Assembly (NCBI RefSeq): GCF_963921235.1
Contig: NC_086108.1
Span: 96,784,001-96,848,000 of the forward strand
Length of the DNA: 64,000 nt
Origin: Mobula hypostoma
Lineage: Eukaryota
Direction: 5' to 3'
Below the pieces are notes generated by a model. It saw only the letters and a program-made list of their open reading frames with translations, was not told the DNA's origin and did no database searches. How positions within the stretch are numbered: the stretch's first letter is position 1; every line of letters starts with the position of its first letter. The translations under genes were made by a program, and so were the position numbers. This document shows positions 47,101 through 59,959 of the stretch, in pieces.

Positions 47101-47939
47101 CTGTGTGTAGGTGTTGTATGTGTGCAGGGATGAGACCAACCATCAGGGCTTGTATCAGTAATCTGGACTAAATAGTAGTCAAACAAACTAATGTCCAATT
47201 TATTCTCTCAAAATTACATTTGATGGAATGTTTCATGTTCTATTTAAATGAATTTCTAATCTATGAAATAGGCTTGTAAACAAAATCATTATATTACCTT
47301 ATTTTCAAAACTGATGTTTGCCTTTATGTACAGTGATAAATGATTTTCTTTTGATGCGTTCTTTAAAGTTTTGCAAGTTTAACAGACATCTGGGTTTGAT
47401 TTTCAAAAGAAATCTTCCCCTCCCGCACTGATCTATGGCTCTTGGCTGATGACATTTTCTGCAGCTACATATTGGCAGTGACGCAATTTCCCAGGAATCA
47501 GTGCTATTTAATAAGCCCATATTCTCTAACATTTTCTTCATTATTAATTTTCAATATTTTTGGCTGTATTTTTATATATTTGTGTGAAAATGAGGGGAAG
47601 ACAGAAGTAGGAAGAGACTTTGTACTTGAGAAACAGATTCATTGAAGGTTGTCCTCTGAGATGGTGGATGATGGTCAACTTTGTCTTAGCTTATTTATTG
47701 TAACAGGAGATTTCTGTGAACCATTTGTTATCCTGTAGTAATGTTCAAAGGTGATGCATATATACGTGGCAGAAATACTGCTGTTGCTTCAAACTGTTAA
47801 ACTAAAACAGGAAAATGCTGTTTTGTTTTAATGAGATTGTGAGTATTGATCAAAGTGGGCACCATTCAGTCCACTGTGGATGAAGAATTTTAAACCAAAT
47901 AGTTGCCTCGGAGGAAATTGCTTTAAAAATATAATGATC

Positions 47940-48205
47940 GTTTATTCATTTCGAGATCCAGTGTGGAACAGACCCATCCAGTCCATTGAGCAGCACCACC
48001 CAGCAACCCATTTATTTAACACCAGCCTAATCACAGGACAATTTACAGTGACCTACTGACCAGTACATCTTTGGACTGTGGGGTGGAAGCCAAAAGACCT
48101 TGAAGTCGCCCTCACAATTCACGCTCCTTACAGATAGCACTGGGAGTGAACTCTGAAACAACCTGAGCTGTAATAGTGTCACGCTAACCACTGCGCTATC
48201 GTGTC
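47940..48205 (-). mobile_element. V-SINE/HE1-like SINE
   Basis: Homologous to the 46805 copy (CACAGGACAATTTACA, CTTTGGACTGTGGG, AGCTGTAATAG). Confidence 0.78.
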
Positions 48206-49249
48206 GTCTTAAATTAGATAAAAAGCATTAAATTCACCCCAATGGAGCAGCAACTCCCATGTTCACTTCCTTTCTCCATTCTGCAGAAGTGGATCTCAAC
48301 TATCATTTTCTCTTGGAATATTAAGAAAATAAAGCACAATTAAGCTAGGTTTATCCTTATTTATTTCTGTCCACTGATCCCAGTGAATGGCAAAACTTCA
48401 TGCTGAAAACTGATAATCATATTCTCTATGCTCGCAAATCATGTAACAAACAGTCCCCCCAAAAAAGCTAGTATGATATATATCAGGCTAATGAACTACA
48501 GCTGAAAACTGAATAATTTGTCTTTGGTTGTTAAGTTATAATCCTAGGAATGGTTCATAGCTGAGCAAAATATGTGTAGATAATGGCTGACTATAGTAGG
48601 GAAAATGCATGTTTTAGTTCTAATAAAGTGACGAGCTGAACTGATATTGATTGTTTAATAATTTGCAATTAATGTATTGAAAGAATTGTGTACTCTTAAC
48701 AGCCACGAATTAGGGAATTATGTCACAAGATTAGTACTGCATTATAATTATTTACAGTTATATTCTAATAGTTATGATTGTGTGGCAGAATTGTAATGCC
48801 TGATTATTAACAGCTCTTTATTGGGAATTGTGCTGCTTTTGCGAAGACAGAATCGTGCTGAGTGTATAATTTTGGTGTTATGACTATTAAGAGGGATGAT
48901 GAATTAGGCAGTCCTTTCACTGTAAGCTGAAGGTAATTGTGTTAGCTTTGCTTATGATAAGAATTGATCACGCTTCCTATCAACTCAATTTCATTCTTTT
49001 GCAGAACTTTTGTCATTTGGTATTTATAATTTAAGTTTATGGTCATTTTAAATTTTATTTTGTTGACTGATCAACCTAGGTTTGATCATGAATATGGAGA
49101 TATACAAAAAGCTGCTGATCTTTGAATCTGGATCAAAAGACAGACTGCCAGAGGAATTCAGTGGGTCAGGCAGCATCTGTGGGTGACCATAAGACAGAGG
49201 AGCAGAATTGAAGTCTGCTCTGCTTTTCAATTGTAGCTGATTTAAGTTC

Positions 49250-49482
49250 CCTCTCAACCCCCTTCCCCTGCTTTCTCCCCATAACCTCTGATGCCTTTAC
49301 TGTTCAAGAACCTATCAACCTCTGTTTTAAATATACACAATGAATTGGTCTCCAACCATTTGTGGTAATGAATTCCATGGATTCACCAGCCTCCGACTAA
49401 AAAAATTTCTCGTCATCTCTGTTTTCTAAAGGGGCATCCTTCTATTCTGAAACTGTATCCTCTGGTCCTAGACTCCTCCATT
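49250..49482 (-). mobile_element. CR1 3' end fragment
   Basis: Minus-strand ESRTRGYSFRIEG...RLVNPWNSLPQ...KGYGEKAG. Confidence 0.8.
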
Positions 49483-49514
49483 ATTCAGGGCCCATACCTA
49501 AGAAAAGATGTACT

Positions 49515-51500
49515 GGCAGGGCTAGGCAACCATGGCAGATAAGGGAAGTTGAGGACTGCATAAAAGGCAAGAAAAGGGCATATAACGTAGCAAAAGTGAG
49601 CGGGAAATTGGATGATTGGGAAGCTTTTAAAATCCATCAAAAGGCAACTAAAAAAGCTATAAGAAAGGAAAAGATGAAATATGAGGGCAGACTAGCCAAT
49701 AATATAAAGCAGGCTACCAAAAGTTTTTTCAGTTATTTAAAGAATAAAAGGGAGGTGAGAATTAATATTCGATCACCAGAAAATGATGCTGGTGAGGTAG
49801 TAATGGGAGACAAAGAAATGGCAGATGAGCTTAATGGGTACTTTGCTTCATTCTTTACTATGGAAAGCACTAGTTGTATGCCAGAGGTCGATGGTTATCA
49901 GGGAGCAAGAGTGAGTGCCATTGCTATTACAAAGGAAAAAGTGTAAGGCAAACTGAAAGGTCTTGAGGTGGATAAATCACCTGGACCAGATGGACTACAT
50001 CTCTCAGGACTCATTGAGGTTGGTGAAAAGATAACAGATGCATTGGTCATGATCACTTGATTCTGGCATGGTCAGAGGACTGGAAAATTGCAAGTGTCAC
50101 TCCACTCTTTAAGAAGGGAGGAAGATAAACGAGATGAAATTATAGGCCAGTTAGCCCTAACCTCATGGTTGGGCGTGTGTTGGAACCCATTAGTAAGTAT
50201 GTGGTTTTGGGGTACTTGGAGACTAATGATAAAATGAATCATAGTTGGCATAGTTTCTGTTAAGGGAAAACTTGCCTGACAAATCTGTTAGAATTCTTCA
50301 AGGAAGTAATAAACAGGGTGGACAAAGGAGAGGCAGCGGATGTCATTTACTTGGATTTTCAAAAAGCATTTGATAAGGTGCTTCACATGAGGCTGCTTAA
50401 CAAGATAAAATCCTAAGGTGTTACAGGAAAGATATTGGTATTGATAGAGGAATAGCTGATGGGCAGGAGGCACTGAGTGGGAATAAAGGGGGCCTTTTCT
50501 GGTTGGCTGCCAGTGACTAGTGATGTTCCTCAGGGGTCAGTATTGGGACCACTATTTTTCACATTGTTTGTCAATGATTTAGATACTGGAATTGATGGCT
50601 GTGTGGCAAAGTTTGCGGATGATATGAAGGTAGGTGGTGCTGAGGAAGCAATGCGATTGCAGCAGAACTTAGATAAATTGTAAGAATGGACAAAAAAGTG
50701 GCAGATGGAATACATTGTTGGGAAATGTATGATGATGCATTTTGCTAAAAGGAACAATAGTGCCTATAGTGACTATTAACTAAATGGGGATAAAATTCAA
50801 ACATCAGATGTGCAAAGGGACTTGGGAGTCCTCGTGCAAGATTCCCAGAGGTTAATTTACAGGTTGAGTCTGTGGTAAAGAAGGCAAATGCAATGTTGGC
50901 ATTTATTTCAGGAGGAATAGAATATAAAAGCAAGGAGATAATGCTGAGGCTTTACAAGGCACGAGTCAGACCACACTTGGAGTATTGTCAACAGTTTTGG
51001 GCCCCTTATCTCAGAAAGGACTGTCATTGGACAGAGTCCAGAGGAGGTTCACGAGGATGATTCCAGGATTGAAGGGATTGAGGAGTATTTGATAGCTTTG
51101 GGCCTGTACTCACTGGAATTTAGAAGAATGCACGTGGATCTTATTGAAACCTATGGAATGTTGAAAGGACTAGATAAGGTGGATGGTTCTTCTGGTGGGG
51201 GTGTCCAGAACTAGAGGGCACAGCCTCAAAATTGAGGGCTGACCTTTTAGAACAGACGTTTTCTTTTGGCCAAAGGATGGTGAATCAGTGGAATGCTCTG
51301 CCACGGTCTGTGGTGGAGGCCAAGTCCGTGGGTATATTTAAGGCGGAAGTTGATTCATTCCTGATTGGTCAGGGCATCAGGGGATATGGTGAGAGGGCAG
51401 GTGTACAGCGTTGAATGGGATCTGGGCTCAGCCATGATGAATTGACAGAGCAGACTCGGTGGGTTGAATGGCCTATTTCTACTCCTATGTCTTATGGCTT
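49515..51500 (+). mobile_element. Decayed CR1 ORF2 through 3' tail
   Basis: Multi-frame remnants LANNIKQ.TKSFF, KSPGPDG, YLDFQKAFDK, VPQGSVLGP, FADD, RPHLEY; tail GGCCTATTTCTACTCCTATGTCTTATGG. Confidence 0.9.
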
Positions 51501-51945
51501 TGGAGAGGGTCCAGAGAAGGTTTGCAAGAATCATTCTAGGAATAAAGAGCACTTTGATAACTCAGGGCACGTACTTGCTGGAGTTTGGAAGAATAAGTGG
51601 AAACCTCATTGAAACCTATTGAATATTGAAATTGCTGTGGAAAGGATGTTTTTCTGTAGTGAATGAGTCTAGGAACAGAGGCCACAGCCTTAGAATAAAG
51701 GGACATCCATTTAGAACAGAGATGAGGAAGAATTTCTTTAGCAAGATTGTGGTGACTCTGGAATATAATTGCTGCAGATGGCTGTGGAGGCCAAGTGATT
51801 CAGTATATTTAAAGTGGTGGTGGATAGGTTACTGATTAAACAGTGCATCAAAGGTTATGGAGAGAAGGCTGGAGAATGGAGTTGAGAGGGATAACAAATC
51901 GGCCATGATGGAATGTCGGAGCAGATTCAACGGGCCAAGTGGCCT
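51501..51945 (+). mobile_element. Second CR1 3' fragment in tandem
   Basis: LERVQRRF; ESRNRGHSLRIKG.PFRTEMRKNFFS; CR1 3' UTR. Confidence 0.8.
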
Positions 51946-53224
51946 GTCCTTGAAGCATCTGCTCCCACACCCACTTTGGATAGGCCTCTCAGTATTAAGT
52001 TTAGTGTTATTTGTCACATGTACGTTGAAACATAGAGATAAATGTGTCATTTTGCATCAACAGCCAACACGGTCCAAGGATTGTGCTGGGGCAGCGTGGA
52101 AGGATCACTTCTGGTTCACTTCCAATGCCAGCATATCCTTTCCTCGATATTCTAGTCTTCAAAAAATGAATACTAACATTGCATTCACCTTCCTTCATAT
52201 CGACAAAACATGCAAGTTAACTTTTACGGAATCCTACTTGAGGACCCCCAAGACCCTTCACACCTCCAATTTCTGAAATTGCTTCCTGTTCAGAAAATAG
52301 TCTACATCTTTATTCCTTCTACCAAAGTGCACCACCATACACTTTCCTCCATTGTATTCCGTCTGAAACTTTGCCCATTCTCCAAATCTAATCTGTCCAA
52401 GTCATTCTGCAGACTCCCTGATTGCTCAACACTTTCTGTCCCCATCTTTGTATCATCTACAAATTTGGCCACTCAGTCATCAGTTCTTCCATCCATATCA
52501 TTAATGTATAACATGAAAAGTCCCAGACCCAATATCAACCCCTGTGGACTACCCCTAGTCATTGTCAGTCAACCAGAAAAGTAGCCTTTTATTCCCACTT
52601 TTTGCCTCCTGCCAATCAGCCACTGCTTTATCCATGCTAGAATCTTTCCTGTAATACCGTAGGCTTTTAACTTATTAAGCAGCCATATGTATGGCACCTT
52701 GTCAAAGGTCTTCCGAAAATCCAAGAACACAATATCAACTGATTCTTCTTTGTCTGTCCTGCTTGTTGTTTCTTCAAAAAATTCCAACAGAAATCAGCTA
52801 AGATTTTCCCCTGAGAAAACCATGCTGACTGCCGGCTATTTTATCATATGCCTCCAAGTATCCTGAGACCTCATCCTTAATAATCGACTCCAACACTTTC
52901 CCAACCACTAAAGTAAGGTTAATGGCCTATAATTTCCTTACTTTCTGCCTCTCTCCCTTCTTAAAGAATGGAGTGGCATTTGCAATTTTCCAGTTCTCTG
53001 GAACCATTCTAAAATCTAGTGATTCTTGGAAGATCATTACTAATGCCTCAACAATCTCTTCAACTGCTTCTTCCAGAGGCATGGCGTGTAATCCATCTGG
53101 TCCAGGGGACTTGTTTCCCTTCAGAACTTTCAGTTTACCAAGCACCTTCTCCTTCCTCCCCTTGAAACTTCCTAATTTCTGGCATTCTACTGGTATCTTC
53201 AATAATGAAGACTGGCATCTCTTA

Positions 53225-54100
53225 CATAGAACATGGAACAGTACAGCATAGGAACAGGCCATTCAGCCCACAAAGTTGTGATGGTTCAGCTAAAAAGCAA
53301 ATTAAAAACACCCAAACACTAATCCCTCCTACCTATGCTATGTCCTTATCCCTCCATCTCCCTTGCATCCATGTGCCTATCCAGATGTTTCTTAAAAGTC
53401 TCTAATGTATTTGCCTCTATCACCATACCAGGTAGCGCATTCCAGGCATCCATAGCTCTGAGTAAAAAAACTTGCCCCTCACATCCCCCTTGAACCTACT
53501 TCCTCTCACCTTCAATGCATGCCGTCTGGATTTTAGACATTTCAGCCCTGGGAAACAGATGCTCCTTGTCCATTCTATCTGTGCCTCTCATAATCTTCTA
53601 AACCTCAATCAGATCTCCGCTCAGCCTCCAGCACTCCAGAGTAAACAACCCAAGTTTATCCAGCCTCTAGTGATAGCACATGCCCTCCAAACTAGGCAGC
53701 ATGCTGGTAGACCTCTTCTGCACCCTCTCCAAAACCTCAACATCCTTCCTATAGTGGGGTGACCAGAATTCTACGCAATACTCCAGATGTGGCTTAACCA
53801 GAGTTTTATGAAGTTGCAACTTAATTTCCTGATTTTTTTTTTGGACTCAATGCCTCAACTAATAAAAACAAGTATTCCATAAGCCTTCTTAACCACCTTA
53901 TTGACCTGTGTAGTCACATTCACGAAGCTATGAACTTGGAAGATCTCGCTGCTTAGTAACACGGTTAAAGATCTAAACAACAGTGTACAGTCTTCTTGCG
54001 TTTTCCCCACACCGACGTGTAACACCTCACATTTATCTGGGTTAAACTCCATCTGCCATTTCTCAGCCCATGTCTGCAATTGATCTATATCATGCTATAT
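53225..54100 (-). mobile_element. CR1 3' fragment of another subfamily nested in CR1
   Basis: WAEKWQMEFNPDKCEVLH, VKKAYGIL.FI; (CTATGTT)-type tail at about 53225-53240. Confidence 0.82.
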
Positions 54101-55249
54101 TCCTTGCTTGTCTTCTACACTGTTCACAACTCCTCCATTTCTTTGTTCCCTATTACTACCTCTCCAGCATCATGTTCCAGCAGTCCAGTATCCACTCTTG
54201 CCTCTCTTTTACTCTTTACATATCTGAGAAAAACTTTTGGTATCTTCTTGTATATTATTGGCTAACTGACCTTCATATTTAAACTTTTCTTTGCTTATGG
54301 ATTTTTAGTTGATTTGTGTTGGTTTTTAAAAACTTCCCAATCCTCTAGCTTCTTGCAAATTCTTGTTATCTTGTATGTGTCTTCCTTTGCTGCTATGTTG
54401 TCTTTCACTTCCATTGCCAGCCATGATTGCCTCACCCTCCCTTTTTAGAATGCTGCTTCTTTGGGAATAACCAGTCCTTTGCTTTCCGAATTGTTCCCAA
54501 AAACTCCAGCCATTGCTGCTCTACCATAATTCCTGCAAGAGTCCCCTTCCAATCAACTATGGCCAGCTCCTCTTTAATGCCTCTGTAGGTACCTTGCTCT
54601 ACTATACTGATACATCAGATTTTAGCTTCTCCCTCTCAAACTGTAGGGTGAATTCTCTGATATGATGTTCACTGGTTCTTATGTGTTCCTTTACCTTAAG
54701 CTCTCTGGTCAAATCTGATTCATTACACAAAACCCAATCTAAAATTGCCTTTTCCTTAGTGGGCTTGAGCACAAGTTCCTCCAAGAAACCATTTTGTAGG
54801 CATCCTACAAATTCTTTCTCTTAGGATCCAGCATATCTTTTATTCCCAAACTACATGCATATTGAAATCCCCCATGACCATTGTAACGTTGCCCTTTTTA
54901 CATATTGTTTCCATCTTCATTTGTAATTTGTACCCCACATCCTGGCTATTGTATGGAGCCCTATATATAACTCCTATCAGTGTCTTTTTCCTTTGCAATT
55001 TCTTAACTATATCAATAAAGATTGTATATCTTCTGTTACTTTATCATTTCTTTCTAGGGATTTGATTTCATTTATTACCAACAAAACAACTTCATCTCCT
55101 CTGCCCACCTGCCTGATCCGTTCAATACAATGTGTGTCCTTGGCTTCCAAATGTGATCTTCTTTCACCCATGACTCATTGATGCCTACAACATCATTCCT
55201 GGCAATTTCTAACTGCGCTACAAGTTTATCTACTGTATTTTGTATACTG

Positions 55250-55395
55250 GGCAGGCCAAGCAGCACCTAGGAAAAGAGTACAGTCGATCTTTCAGCCCGA
55301 AACGTCAACTGTACTCTTTTCCTAGATGCTGCCTGGCCTGCTGAGTTCCTCAGATTTCTAGCATCTGCAGATAAACAATATCTTGTATAAAGCAA
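55250..55395. mobile_element. PLE-derived fold-back mini-element lacking the CUGANGA half
   Basis: GCAGGCCAAGCAGCACCTAGGAAAAGAGTACAGT / ACTGTACTCTTTTCCTAGATGCTGCCTGGCCTGC; 14-bp TSD TATT(T/C)TGTATACTG at 55236-55249 and 55396-55409. Confidence 0.8.
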
Positions 55396-55624
55396 TATTC
55401 TGTATACTGCTTGCATTCAAATGTAACACTTTTAGTTCTGTATTCACCATCCTCCTTTCAATTTTTTTCCCTCATTGCTCAAGTTAAATTCCCATCCATT
55501 TCTAAGATTTGTCTTATTCTTTATTCTGAAGACTTGCATATTCTCTCCTGCACTTTCCTTCCTTTTTACTTTATCTATACTTCTCCAAGTTGTTGAACCC
55601 ACCCTTGCAGTACTTTGTAGGTGA

Positions 55625-56235
55625 TCAGTGGATTGCGGAGGAATGAAGGATGATGGAAAAAGCTGGGAGGGGGTAGAGTAGGGACACAGGCAAATGTGTG
55701 ATAGGTGATGGGGATGCAATTGATGAAGGTGTAGGTAGTAGGTCAATGGAAGCAGAAGTGGAAGTAAGATGGAAATGGGTGATGGAAACAAAGGAGGTGT
55801 TTGTGGGGGAAGTGAACTGAAATGGGAAGACTAAAATGGGAAATGGAAGCAAAAATGTGAAAAACACAAGAAATTAGGCTTAACTGAAATGGGAAAATTC
55901 AATGTTCACATTATTGGGTTATAGACTACCCAAGTACAATATAAGATATTTTTCTAGTTTGCTTTGGACTCACATTGGAGAAGGAGAATGCTGAGGACTG
56001 ACAGGTCAGTGTGGGAATGGAAAGTGGAATTGAAATGATCGCACCTGGGAGCTTTTGGGGGGGGGGCATTGTGGACAAAGTGTAGGCGCTTTGAAAACTG
56101 GTAGCCTAGACTGCACTTAGTCTTACTATTTTACATGCGACCACCTCAGGAACACCAAGTTTTGAAGAAGTGCTTGTGAATTTTTGCTTCCCTTTGAAGG
56201 GTTGTTTAGTTCCCTTGATGATGGTGAGGGAGCAT
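55625..56235 (-). mobile_element. Old PLE 3' region
   Basis: Minus-strand GN.TTLQREAKI.., HFNSTFHSH and LGSL.PNNVNIEF-like remnants; pyrimidine-rich pLTR. Confidence 0.6.
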
Positions 56236-56329
56236 CCATAGATGTCAAAGTGAAAATAGCCAGATAATGTGGAATTTGTATTTACAATGCTGTGAAATGA
56301 AACTATATGATCAGAGCTTTGTTGGGAGG

Positions 56330-56478
56330 CAGAGATAACAGACTGAAGATGCTGGAATCTGGAGCAAAATATAACAGCTGGAAGAACAGATGAAGGATCT
56401 CAGCCTGAAATGTTGACCATCTCTTTGACTCTGCAGATCATGTTTGACCTACTGAGTTCCTCCAGCAGTTTGTTTTCA
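56330..56478. mobile_element. Older PLE-derived fold-back with hammerhead remnant
   Basis: GACTGAAGATGCTGGAATCTGGAGCAAAA...CAGATGAAGGATCTCAGCCTGAAATGTTGACC...CTGAGTTCCTCCAGCAG. Confidence 0.6.
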
Positions 56479-56826
56479 CCCTGTTAGAAAATGCTTGGCT
56501 TCTTTTTGTAGAAGATGTGTGTGTGGTGGAGGGGCTATGAAAATCTAATAGGTTTTTATATTAATTTTGTAACAGGGTGGCATAGTCTTAGGATAAAATG
56601 AAAAACAAATCCATCCATTATTTATGAATAAAAAGCCATTAACACAAACGTTTTTACATTTTAGAGTGTTGAAGAAGATAATCATTTAATAATTTCACTA
56701 ACCCACTCTTCCAATTAAATGAAGTTATCAATGAGGAAAAGCCATGAAAATGAAGAATTTGTTATGCCAATAGCACAGCGATAAATGATGTTATTTTTGT
56801 GATTTAAAGGCTAAAATAATCTGCAC

Positions 56827-57060
56827 TACTTAAGCCCATCACTCCTACTGGGGCATTGGCTGCTGACAGCACTCGCCAGAGTTCTCTGTCCTGGGCCAGT
56901 CCTTCAAATTGTCCTAGGTGTAGCCCATCTTCTCTTTCCTCTTCCAGGGATGAGGTCTTTTGGCATTTCTGTAGCACTGGATTTTTACCAGATGGGGTTG
57001 CTAGTCCTCTACCCAGCCCGGCTTTCTCAGCCAGGCTTGAGACTGTCCACGGTGGAGTTT
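56827..57060 (-). mobile_element. RTE-derived short non-autonomous element
   Basis: The minus strand has an RTE 5'UTR-like TAGCAACCCCATCTGGTAAAAA..GCTACAGAAA joined to an RTE-like 3' end (GCCCAGGACAGA...GCCCCAGTAGGAGTGATGGGCTTAAG). Confidence 0.5.
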
Positions 57061-57071
57061 GAATAATCTGT

Positions 57072-57270
57072 ATTCATTGAGGTGCCTTGCCGTTTGGTGT
57101 AGGCGATCATGTCTCTCCATCCATCACGGTCCTTGACCCTCCGAATTGTAGTTGTTGCCTCCCCTGTTTCTAACCATGATGTTTATCCATCTATCATTTT
57201 CATTCTCTGTCTGCCTCTGCTTCTTTTTCCTTCCACCTTTCCAGTTGTAACTAAATGTTCTGTATAGCAA
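57072..57270 (-). mobile_element. RTE LINE 3' fragment
   Basis: Minus-strand EHLVTTGKVEGKRSRGRQR...DRDGWRDMIA, an RTE C-terminal pattern. Confidence 0.7.
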
Positions 57271-57333
57271 GGTGAAAAATCCAGCACTTTTATTTGTATG
57301 AACATTGAACAAATAAAATAAAACACTGACATT

Positions 57334-57706
57334 CCAAAGCAACACACACAAAATGCTGGAGGAACTCAGCAGGTCAGGCAGCATTGATGGAAAAGAGTAA
57401 ACAGTCAAGGCTTTGGGCCGAGACCCTTCTTCAGGACTGAGAAGGAAGGGCCTTTCCCACTCCCCTGGCTTTGCCTATGACCTTCCAGCTAGCGTCTCCC
57501 CCTCCCCACCCCACCCAACCCAACCCAACCCACCTTTTTATTTAGGCATCCCTCCCCTTCCTTCTCAGTCCTGAAGAAGGGTCTTGGCCCGAAACATTGA
57601 CTGTTTACTCTTTTCCTTTGATGCGATTGCCTGACATGCTGAGTTCTTCCAGCATTTTGTGTGTGTTGCTTTGCATTTCCAGCATCTGCAGATTTTCTTG
57701 TTTTTT
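57334..57706. mobile_element. PLE-derived fold-back element with two opposed hammerhead motifs
   Basis: About 115-bp arms (57334-57450 vs about 57555-57673); 7-bp TSD TGACATT (57327-57333, 57707-57713). Confidence 0.87.
57566..57603 (+). ncRNA. Minimal type I hammerhead ribozyme motif (CpG-eroded stem III)
   Basis: CAGUC-CUGAAGA-A-GGG(UCUUGG)CCC-GAAA-CA-UU^GACUG; perfect 5-bp stem I, AUU triplet. Confidence 0.68.
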
Positions 57707-59959
57707 TGACATTGTCGTATTTGATTGTTTGGAATCTTGAAAGTTTGATAACTGGCTCACTAATTAATCCATAATGTAGGGCAGAGGTCGAGAAGGCAAG
57801 CAGGTGTATTGCCAGAGTCAGGGTCTGGAATGCACGGCAACAAGTAGGTTTGGCATTCAGGATACCAGAGGTCTGGCATATGGGTAGGTTTATGGTTGGA
57901 TATATTTTGTATATTTCCTGCTCCCATCAAACACACCAGGCTCACTGGAAAATTTATTGTACAACTAAACAGTGTGTTTAAATAGATGTGAAATTAAGGT
58001 ATGCTTGGGTGTTAATAACATACAATACAGTAGTCTAGAAAATTTGCTTGTCCTTTTCTGCCAAAGTTCCAAATTTGCATTTCCTGTATTTTTAAGTATT
58101 AAAATAAGATAAGAAAAATAAACCTGATCAAAGCTTCTTTTAGAGATACATTCTCTACTCTAATAGTCACTATCCCATTCTCTAAGTCTTTGGAAAATGT
58201 TCATTAAATCTAATTCTTCGTTCACAGATGCCATTTGGTAAAATCTATATGTTTTTGCATCTTGCTGTTCTTCCTAGAGCTTATTATCTGAATATGCCAG
58301 CTCATTTCAAAGGGTTAGAATAGCCGTCTTCAGCAGTTCTTATCACTGCAGGTTCCTAATGCCGTACTTACTGAATTGGTTATTCGTTCCACCTCAATTA
58401 GTTTTGAAGTAAGTGTATTTCATATGACAGAACATTGAAACAGGAGTGAGACTATTAATCTCATCATGCACAATATATGGCCGACAGACTATATTCAACC
58501 TGCACTATATTTCCCTCTGGCCCACCTTTGGAGAATGAATGCAATGGTAAAACATTGAAATGGGTTTAAATGAAAATACACTGACAGGTTTAGACACATC
58601 TAGGTTTTTGTGTTTTGTTTTTTCTCTCTTAGAAGCTCTCATTACTGGGCAGCCGTGGATATCAGCTAAAATGTAAAATTACTTGCGTTACTTGTTCTTT
58701 TTGGTGCTACAGGAATTTTATAGTTACTCAATATGGAATGCCTTTGTTTTTCTTTAGAGACATCAGAGTCAATGTTAGGGAAGCCATTCATTTTCAGTAT
58801 GTTGAAGCATGGTGCTGCTCACATTTCTCAGTTAAAACAGTACATCGACAATGCACTTGAGAAATCAAATGTCTTGAAGAGATAGAATCAGAAATTTGCA
58901 GCATAAAAAGAGACCTTTCGGGTTAATGTTTCCCCCTTTACTCTTTCAGCAGTCTGATTTAGTTGATGCTGGATCTGGGAGCTGTGATTTTTTAATTTGA
59001 AGTGCTACAACTTGTGGCTATGTTTGTAGTTGCCAGCTGAGTTATTAGTTTGGAACCAGAACCACTAGGATGTGCTATGGGGCATCTCGGGTTTGACTGA
59101 GTCTTAATTACTGTAGATTTGGTTTGCTCCCAGGCTTCTTCATGGAATTATACTATTCACCTTTTGGTGCTTTTTCCTGATCTTCTATTTATCCTTGATG
59201 TGCAAAAAACTACTTGTATCTAGTATACTGCTGTTGAAGTTGCAGCAGCATGTATTCACCTGTCACATGGATGTTAGATTTGCTTTCTCGTGGAAAATAG
59301 TTCCAAGCTGGAGTGAGTCTATGTTTAATAGGTAGGTTTTTAAAAAATTCAATATCATAAAACTATGGGCTGATAGGTTAGATGTGGGCTTTAACAAAAA
59401 GCAAAAATAGGACAGGAGGGACCATTGCTTTTCTTAAAAAGCAAGCTAAGGTTTGCAAAACCAGGGCAGTTGGATGACAAAAAGATGCAGATGAACCTAG
59501 TATGTTGAAAGATTGAATAGGCTTGAGAAACTGTGCTTCTGCAAAAATGTTATACAAGTAGAAATGGGTGAATGTTGTTAGAAAGTATTTTAAGCTCATT
59601 TCAGATTAAAGTCAGTTTGGAGATCAGAGGGGAAAAGAATTTGTGGCAGGTTTCCAGAGCTTGTGCTGGGACCTGAAGACAACTGTAGCTCATTCAAAAG
59701 TGAATACACGTAAGATCGTGTTTTCTCATCAGTGGAGTGATTTGCTTTGGAAAATATGAACAGAAACGGTCCATTGTTACCGCTGGTTAAAATGGAACCT
59801 GTTTCAAGTAATTCAACCTTGGAAGTAAGTAGGATTGTCAGTTTGGTTATCCACACAAAGTTCAGTTCTGCTGATTGAACCCCTTGATACCATTCCATCA
59901 TTCAATGACTGGTCTATGACCTAAATGAACGTCTTCCAAAAGCAAAGAATGTTTTAAGG

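Larger units (their letters stand above)
52150..55605 (-). mobile_element. Long decayed CR1 (endonuclease to RT) with nested insertions
   Basis: LNA.SIQN.VDKL...DVVGINESW, PTKEKAILDWVLCNE, KSPGPDG, FLDFRK.FDKVP; interrupted at about 53225-54100 and at 55250-55395. Confidence 0.87.

Noticed and set aside
55255..55342. Strong hairpin as a pre-miRNA or terminator
   Set aside because: Fully explained by a PLE fold-back insertion with a TSD.
58600..58890. Polypyrimidine-AG acceptor-like sites (about 58632 and 58757) as host exons
   Set aside because: No strong donor site and no recognisable peptide; cannot be supported without RNA data.
59596..59901. 101-aa ORF in unique sequence
   Set aside because: No domain similarity I can recognise; length is compatible with chance.
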